Source of the DNA: Eledone cirrhosa
Taxonomy: Eukaryota
Direction: 5' to 3'
Length of the DNA: 64,000 nt
Assembly: GCA_964016885.1 (NCBI GenBank)
Contig: OZ024740.1
Location: 81,282,001-81,346,000, forward strand
The translations under genes and the position numbers were made by a program. Positions 55,398 to 64,000 of the stretch are shown piece by piece (position 1 is the first letter of the stretch; every line of letters begins with the position of its first letter). The notes beneath the pieces are model-generated. The model ran no database searches. It worked only from the letters and a program-made list of their open reading frames with translations, and was not told the DNA's origin.

Positions 55398-57942
55398 GAA
55401 TGCCATGGTTGACGGAGGCTCGGCTCTGTAAGGTATAGTAATTTTTAACCGTTAAAACAATTGTAAATTGTTTAAAACTTGAACCAAATTGTTGATAAAG
55501 ACACCCTCCTCCTCGTGAGAGGGGTCTTTCTGTCCGTTATTTGGCCCTTCGGGGTTAAATAAACAGTTATTGGGGTTTTGTACCCAAAATTTCATTTTAA
55601 ACAAAAAAACAACATGGCTACGAAAAAGAAATTTCATAAGTCACTCCCACTCATTCCGTCTTCTTCTTCCTCAATCATCACTACAGCAGAGAGAAGATTG
55701 TCTCTCTCCCTCCCTTCTTTAAATGTGTCTCTCTCCCTCCCTTCTCTTTCGCAAGTGACGAAAGAAAAGAAAAGTCTCGTGCAAAGCGTGCAAGGTTTCT
55801 CCACGACGACGACGACAGCGACGAAACAGGTGTGCGGGAAATACGAAAACCCAGTTCATTCGTCTGACGTCAGGAATAATAGCAGTAGCAGCCGTAATAA
55901 CAACAGCAACAGTGACAATGAAAACAACAGTAGCAGCCGCAACAGCATCACCAGCAGCATAAACAACAACAGCATTAGTAGCAGCAACACCAACAACAAC
56001 CACAGCAACAGCGGCGGAGGCAGTAGTCGTAGTACCTGCAGCAACAACAAAAGTACCAGCAGCTCTGACGACAACAACAACAGCAGAGAAAAACCAATCT
56101 CATTTGCAGGTATTGCGAAAAACTTGGAAACAATCCTCATAACAAATGAGGAATTAGAGGAAGCGAAGAAGATGGTGACAAAGAACGGACACCGAGCAAT
56201 CTGCAAGGCAGCGGAAAAATTTTTCGAAACCCAAGAGCACTGTACGGTCACGTACCGTACAGTAAGTACAAAATCCCGTAGGGTGGAAAGAGCCACAGAG
56301 GCCCAAATACAAAAAGCCTTGGGGTCTGTGTGGCAGCGGAAAACGCACATCATCCGAGGCAAAAAATATGCCACCGTAGACGTACTTTTTGCCACACCCC
56401 AGGAGGCAAAGGCCCAATCAGTAGTGACCCTAAGGAGCGAGGAAATGGTGTTGGTGCCCTCCTACTGCGGGCAAAAAATGGTGAGGGTCAAACTGACCCA
56501 CGTCCCCCCCGGAATGACCCATTCTTGGCTGGCCGCGTCTGTCCTCGTCGGAATCGAGGACAAAACAACTGTACTGCAAGTACAGAAAAAAGTAAGAGAA
56601 GATTGGGTCGGCTCCTCCATTGAGATGCTAATCCAAACCAACCAGGAGTGCATCGAAGCTATCCCGGATGTGATAGACTTCGATAACGGCACTCAACTGC
56701 CCATAAGTGTTGAGGGCAAACGCCCGAAATGCTTTCGCTGTGGATCGAAGACTCACCTCAGGGCCTTCTGCAACGAGAAGACCCTGAGAAAGGAGAAAAC
56801 CCCCCTGGGCATGCCGTGGCTGATGATGCGCAGGCACGCGCTCAGGCTACGACATATCCACCTCTTCCTCGACGGTGATCAGGTGTGGTCGCCGTTTGCT
56901 AGGCGCGTATTTCCCCAGCTCGTTTCCTTGACGGAGCTGCAGCCCTGGGTCAAGCGAAGACCGAGAGGGAGCGCCTGGAGACTGGAATGTCTTCAGGCGC
57001 TCACAGCCCTCGACCAATCGGGCAATGTGATCGGTGGAAACTCCACCTCGGCCTTCTATAGAGGATTAGTGGAGGGTAAGAGCGACGACGTACTTGGGGA
57101 AACTCTAGGCGTCGACGAAAAAAAAACTAGCCAATCTCTTCGTAAGAACTTTCGGGCCGGGGCCTATGGACAACTTCCAGAAATCTCTGGCCTGGCAGTG
57201 CTACCGAGGAGCCTTGCCAGTTCGGGATAAACTCTACAGGCATGGAGGTGCCGTCAGCCGGGCATGTCCGAGATGCGCGCAGGGCGACGAAACCGTCCTG
57301 CACGCACTCGTCCAGTGTCCGAAAATTGCTGACTTGTGGGTTTATGTCGAACACCTGCTGTCGCGTTTAGGACGGATCCAGCTATCATCTGAGTCCATCG
57401 TGAGGATTGCCCCGCTCTCCTCCTTTAGCCGGGAAGGGCAGGCAGTTTTTATCTGTCTGGTGGCCAAGGCGAAAGAGATAGTATGGTGGACACGTTTGAA
57501 AGGGCTGAAGACGAGCACTTACCTCTTCGGTGATGCTCTGATTGACTTTTTCAAACTTCATTTGAAAAGGAAAATCAGAGTAGAGAGGGAAGTGCTCTCT
57601 TCCCAGCATTTTGTTGAAAGATGGGTGAGAGAAGCAAGAATGGCCCGAGTGAATGGGCTTACTCTGAGTATATATCTGTAAATTAAAGGTGGAAAACTGG
57701 GAGAGGACACTTGCCTTGGTGGTCAGGGTCATTGTGGCTTTTTACTGGGCTTTCTCCACAATTGTCCCTCCGAAGTCTCCCCCCTATTGGGGAATTTTTC
57801 ATTGTTATTTTCATTGTTATTTTTGTTACATCCTCTGTTTTTGTTTTTTACACGCAGAAATGCCCATTTGTACCGTCCTGCATTGTCCTGCACTGTCCTT
57901 AATGTCTACTTTATGTAAACCCTTGTGGTTAATAAAGAAATC
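55396..57942 (+). mobile_element. Tx1/L1-type element A: ORF1 joined to the ORF2 3' end, with no EN or RT
   Basis: ORF1 from ATG 55614 with CCHC knuckle CFRCGSKTHLRAFC; from ~56806 near-identical to 62735-63870. Confidence 0.85.
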
Positions 57943-57955
57943 ATTATTATTATTA

Positions 57956-58008
<53 letters not shown>

Positions 58009-58217
58009 GGTGACCTACGTAGTAAATCGTATCATCGTGAGCTCCGCAAAGGTTTGTTATTTCCGTTTGTTAAAAATTGTCATTTATGTAAAATTTTATT
58101 GTTAACTGTTTATAAGCGCACATACATTGTTTTCCGAAAAGGACACCCAAAAAGATTGGGGCCTTGTGCCCAAAATTTAAACTTTTATGATTATCAAAAC
58201 ATTTCTTTGAAAAAAAA

Positions 58218-60155
58218 ATGGCTAATTCACCACTGCACCAAGCAGCTGAAAGCCTTTCTCACAAATTAAAACCTCACACCGACACCACCATTGTAAATGT
58301 TACTACGTTTGCCAACACTACAAAAAATATAAGCAGTAGCAATATTTTAAATTTGTCTCAGGCAGACATTCATTTCCCGCCATTACCACCACCGCGACAA
58401 CCACCACCCCCACCACCACAGCGACAACAGAAACAAAAGAAGAAAAAAATAAATTAACTCGTGATGTCGAAATGAAATCAAGCAAAATGGACTCTTCCCC
58501 ACCAAAGACGACTGACGTCACCACCACCACAACTGAAACTAAAATTAATATTAACACAAATAACGATAGCAACAACAACAACAATGACATTATAAAAACC
58601 ACCCTCAGTTTTGCCAGAGTAGCAAAACGGTTCGAAGCATTTACGGTAACTCAGGAGGATTTAGAAAATGCCAAACAAATGGTAAAGAAAGATGGGTACA
58701 GGGTCAGCCTCACCCCCCACCTAATAAAATGGAGCATCGGCGCCTATGCACCGTGTCGTATCGAACAATTAATGTAAAATCGCGCCGAGTGGAACGGGCA
58801 TCCGAGTCCCAAATCCCAAAAGCTTTGGGACATGTGTGGGCAAGAAAAACCCACATCAGACGTGGGCAGAAGTATGGAACCGTGGACGTGTTCTTTGAAA
58901 CACCAGAGGAGGCTAGAGAACACTCCATGGCCCCATTAAGATGTGACGACTTCACACTCGTCCCAAGCTATTGTGGCCAGAGACTCGTAAAGATCAGGGT
59001 GACCCACGTTCCACCGGCCATCGAAATTCCCTGGCTAATAGCGGCCGTCCTCGCCGGCATCGAAGCCAGCACAAAAATAATAGCAATAGCAAAAGAAAAG
59101 CAGGAGAACTGGTCCGGATCTGGGATGGAGCTCCTGATCCAAGCGGACCAAAAAAGCATTGAGGAGATCCCAGAGGTAATAGACCTCACTGACGGCAGCC
59201 ACCTCACGGTAATTGTCGAGGGCAGAAGACCTAGGTGTGTCGTTTGTGGTGAAGGAACCCACCTAAGGGCTTTCTGCTCTCAGGCTAAAAGGTTGAGGCC
59301 ACCTCTCCTACCCACCCCTGTGACACAACCATCAACACCACCAGTAGCAGAGATGGCAGCAACAACTGTAGCAGCAACAACAGAAGCAACTATAACAGCA
59401 ACAACCCCAGCAACAGTAGCAAAACCAACACCACCACCACCACCACCCAACGCTTCAGAACTAGCACCAGCGCCTACACCATCCACCACGCCACAACCAA
59501 AACTAACGCCTGTGGAGAATTTTCCACTCCCCGGCCTATCACAACTGGAGACAGATTGTGACGACGAGGAGTGGGAAACGATATCCGGAAAAAAAAAAGA
59601 AACCAAAAAATAAAAAATTCTCTTCCTTCCCCCTCCAAAAACAAAATACAGAGGGAAACAAATAAATTAAGAAACAAAAAAGTTAGGACAGATATGCCAC
59701 CATCCACACCAGCATCACCAACCCCATCAACCCAAACACCAACACCATCACCATCATTAACCCCAACACCACCATCACCTACACCACAAAAGTCAGCAAC
59801 ATGCGAAACAGAAACAAACCCACAACAAACGCAAACAAAACAAAACAACCAAAACGATACACACTACACAGCATTAAATTTGAACAACAAGCAATTATTA
59901 CACTACATCCAACACAACACCAGCATCACAGAAAAAAACTACACAACAACCCCAAAATTAACACCACCTCCACACATACAAATCACTCGCATCACACAGA
60001 AAACGTACATGACACTAAAAAAAAAATTCCCCAAAGATATCGGAGACTTCCGACAAGCACTCTCCAGAAGGATTTATAAGGACATCCTTCCTGAGGAGGC
60101 CACAAGCAGTGAAAAGGATGGAAAAACCGTCTTTCCCCTACGAGAAGTAAGGTAA
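58218..60155 (+). pseudogene. Tx1-B ORF1 (zinc-knuckle protein with low-complexity flanks)
   Basis: Homologous to the Tx1-A ORF1 core (CTVSYRT..KSRRVERA, LVPSYCGQ, VEGRRPRC); frameshifts. Confidence 0.8.
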
Positions 60156-60189
60156 GTGGTCTTTCCCATCTTTTCCACTCCTTTTCAAC

Positions 60190-63100
60190 ATGACCTCACT
60201 CAGAATAGGCAGCATAAATGCGCGTGGCTTGGGGTCGTCATGGAAGCAGGGCCACCTGCTCAACGACCTCAGGTCACTAAACATAGATGTAGTGGCAATC
60301 AACGAGACCAGAATCTCCGAAGCACAGGCTTTCGCACCGATCTTCGGCGGCTAATGATGTGTACGCATCTCCCAGGGGTCCGGGATCGGGGGGAGGAGTT
60401 GCTGTGCTTTTTTGGAGAGGTTTGGATCTTGCCATACGGGCCATCTTCCTGGACCCAGAAGGTAAGTTGGTGGTGCTGGACGTGACCAGCGGAGACGGGC
60501 AAGCTTTCAGGTTAGTGGCCGTCTATGCCCCGACAGGAGCAGGGCGACCTGATTTCTTCCGGCGTCTGGAGACCTTTCTTGGAACGTCCCGCTCTTTAGT
60601 GTTTGTGGGCGACTGGAACGGGATCTTAGATGCACGCTGGGATTGTGTGGGATTAGTGGATAGGGAAGGAGGGTGCAAGAGTCTCACAAACCTGCTCAGA
60701 CGTTTTGAACTGTCTGACAGGTACCGAATGGATTTCCCGAATGTACCAATGTGGACTTGGACAAATCGCATAGGGTCATCCAGATCATATCTAGATAGAG
60801 TATTTTGTAGGGAAATAGATAGGTCTAGCATAGGCTGTCCACAATTCAAGATAGTCAGCTACACGGACCACAAATTCGTGATCTGTGTGCTTAACTTAGA
60901 TAGGCTTCATAGACGAGGACCCGGCTACTGGAAGCTAAACGCGTCCTTACCAGTGCGCAAGGCCTACAGAGACCGGATTAGCGAACTAGTTAAGCGGGCG
61001 TTGACGGGGGCCATCGTCAACAACAAGTGGTGGTTTGCTCTGAAAAGAGCAATTAGAACAGAGTCCATTAGGTTTAGTAAGACTTTAGCAATAGAGAAAA
61101 ATAGAGCAGAGGGAGAATTAGTTAAAAAATTAGATGAGGCGCTTAGCAAAGGCATCGCGACCGATGTACTTGCGGCGAAATTGGCCCTTGACCAATTCTT
61201 CAATGCAAAGCACGAAGGCTGCGTTGTCAGAGCTAGGGTGGGTGTTCTCAGACACGAGGGGACGAAAGCCGTTCAATGGGCCCGAGTGGCGGGGGCGCGT
61301 CGTGGCAACAAAGCCACGATCCGGTCTTTGGTGGACCACGACGGGTGCATGCTACTCGATCCCGTGCAAATGTGTGAAGCTTTTCAGCGACACTTCGCTC
61401 AACTGTTCGGGGGCATTGGCTGGCCGGATCGAGGGATGGACTTTAGTGTCTACCTCGACGGACTGCCGCGGCTTTCGGCCACTGAGGCGGAGTGTTGCGA
61501 AAAACCGATAACATCCGCTGAACTACGGGATGCAATGACTAGTTGCACAAGGGGTAAATCGCCTGGTTTTGATGGTATGCCCTATGAACTTTACGTACAA
61601 ATGCCAGACTTGTTCGGAGGCCTCTTGGCGGACGTCTACTGCAACTGGCAACAGAACGGGAGAATTCCCAGCTCTGTGAGCCGAGGAGCGGTGGCGCTGC
61701 TGAGAAAAGATCCGAACATGGGGGATAACATAGATAATTTTAGGCCCATAACTCTGCTAAACACAGAGTTCAAGATTTTGGCCAAGGTGCTAGCAAAGAG
61801 GTTGGCGCTTGTCGTTGCTGGTCTGGTGGGAGAGGCACAGACATGCGCCATTCCCGACAGATCCATCCACGACAACCTCCACCTCATGCGATACATCGTA
61901 GAGAGGGTAACTAGAGAACCTGGCACGGGTGGGTCTTTGATCAATTTAGATCAGTCGAAAGCCTTCGATAGGGTCGACCATCGTCACCTAGCGGCAGTCC
62001 TGAGGGCGGCTGGCTTTGGGCCCGTCTTCAGAGGCTGGATCGCTGCCATGCACAGCGACATCTGCTCTGTAGTGAGAGTGAACGGTCACCTTTCGGAACC
62101 GTTCAACATCATGCGCTCGGTCCGCCAAGGATGTCCCCTCTTGTCCCTACTGTATGTATTGACTCTCGAGCCATTACTGCACAAACTGGAGACTTTGAGG
62201 GGGGTCCCGCGCGATCTAGGATGCGGAAGATCCGTGTCAGCTTATGCCGACGATGTTACCGTAGTGGTGTCGAACGCCAAACACATCGAGGCGATCGGCA
62301 CTACAATAAGAGAATACGAAGCGGTGACAGGAGCAATGATCAACCAGGAAAAGTCAGTGGGGCTGCAGCTCGGCACCTGGAGAGGCAGGTCTATGCCGTC
62401 CAACAGCGTCGTCAGGCGCTGGACGGACCGACCGGTTTAATTGCTAGGGGTCTGGTTCGGTCCGGACCTCCAGACGGACAAAAACTGGGACGAGGTGACG
62501 AGCAGGGTGGCTTCTCTCACACAGAAATGGGCCGAGAGGAAGCTATCCCTGAAAGGTCGAGCGGGGTGGCTAACGCGTACATCGCGTCCTTCATCTACTA
62601 CCGCCTGACCGTCGTACCTTGTCCTAAGCCCCGCCTGACTGCGCCGGAGCGTTTGCTCTTTCGCTTTTTGTGGAAGGGACGCGCTCCGATGGTCAGGCGG
62701 TCCATCTGCTGTCAACACCCGCTACGTGGAGGGCTGGGCGTGCCGTGGCTGATGATGCGCTGACACGCGCTCAGGCTACGACATATCCACCTCTTCCTCG
62801 ACGGTGATCAGGTGTGGTCGCCGTTTACTAGACACGTTTTTCCCCAGCTCATCTCCTTGACGGAGCTGCAGTCCTGTGTTAAGCGAAGACCGAAAGGGAG
62901 CGCTTGGAGACTGGAATGTCTTCAGGCGCTCACAGCCCTCGACCAATCGGGCAATGTGATCGGTGGAAACTCCACCTCGGCGTTCTATAGAAGATTAATG
63001 GAGGAGAAGAGCGACAACGTATTTGGAGAAACTCTAGGCGTCGACGAAAATCAACTAGCCAATCTCTTCGGAAGGACTTTCGGGCCGGGGCCTATGGACA

Positions 63101-63609
63101 ACTTCCAGAAATCCCTGTCCTGGCAGTGCTACCGGGGTGCTTTACCAGTTCGGGATAAACTTTACAGGCATGGAGGTGCCGTCAGCCGGGCATGTCCGAG
63201 ATGCGCGCAGGGCGACGAAACCGTCCTGCACGCACTCGTCCAGTGTCCGAAAATTGCTGACTTGTGGGTTTATGTCGAACACATGCTGTCGCGTTTAGGA
63301 CGGATCCAGCTATCATCTGAGTCCATCGTGAGGATTGCCCCGCTCTCCTCCTTTAGCCGGGAAGGGCAGGCAGTTTTTATCTGTCTGGTGGCCAAGGCGA
63401 AAGAGATAGTATGGTGGACACGTTTGAAAGGGCTGAAGACGAGCACTTACTTCTTCGGTGATGCTCTGATTGACTTTTTCAAATTTCATTTGAAAAGGAA
63501 AATCAGAGTAGAGAGGGAAGTGCTCTCTTCCCAGCATTTTGTTGAAAGATGGGTGGGAGAAGCAAGAATGGCCCGAGTGAATGGGCCTACTCTGAGTATA
63601 TATCTGTAA
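60190..63609 (+). pseudogene. Tx1-B ORF2 (APE endonuclease plus reverse transcriptase)
   Basis: MTSLRIGSINARGL, VYAP, GDWN, YLDR, TDH; KSPGFDG, FRPITLLN, DQSKAFDRV, SVRQGCPL, YADD; CPRC..ETVLHALVQC. Confidence 0.92.
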
Positions 63610-63883
63610 ATTAAAGGTGGAAAACTGGGAGAGGGCACTTGCCTTGGTGGTCAGGGTCATTGTGGCTTTTTACTGGGCTTTCTCCACAAATGTCCCTCCG
63701 AAGTCTCCCCCCTATTGGGGAATTTTTCATTGTTATTTTCATTGTTATTTTTGTTAAATCCTCTGTTTTTGTTTTTTACACGCAGAAATGCCCATTTGTA
63801 CCGTCCTGCATTGTCCTGCACTGTCCTTAATGTCTACTTTATGTAAACCCTTGTGGTTAATAAAGAAATCATTATTATTATTA

Positions 63884-63948
<65 letters not shown>

Positions 63949-64000
63949 GGTGACCTACGTAGTAAATCGTATCATCGTGAGCTCCGCAAAGGTTTGTTAT
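63949..64000 (+). mobile_element. Start of another Tx1-B copy
   Basis: Identical to 58009-58060. Confidence 0.9.

Larger units (their letters stand above)
58009..63870 (+). mobile_element. Tx1/L1-type element B, full-length, frameshifted
   Basis: ORF1 with CVVCGEGTHLRAFC; ORF2 APE-RT-CCHC; AATAAA then (ATT)n. Confidence 0.93.

Overview
AT-rich, microsatellite-dense eukaryotic DNA with no host gene that I can recognise. The SINE and repeat types suggest a coleoid cephalopod such as Octopus (inference only). The window is almost entirely transposable elements: two head-to-tail Helitrons plus an inverted partial copy, four Penelope-like (PLE) remnants, RTE, CRE, R4/Dong and Tx1/L1-type non-LTR retrotransposons, a tRNA/Meta-domain SINE and a short RTE-derived non-autonomous element. 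Main signals: (i) several minimal type-I hammerhead ribozymes, including U3-A8 variants and a retrozyme-like tandem repeat at 39.6-40.4 kb; (ii) a SINE 3' tail that aligns without gaps to the Tx1 3' end, with shared ATTAT targets, suggesting a SINE-LINE partner pair; (iii) a ~20 kb chain of retroelements inserted in (TAA/TTA)n; (iv) a twin-priming-type inverted RTE fused to a Helitron. Family names come from motif recognition by eye, and boundaries are approximate unless stated.
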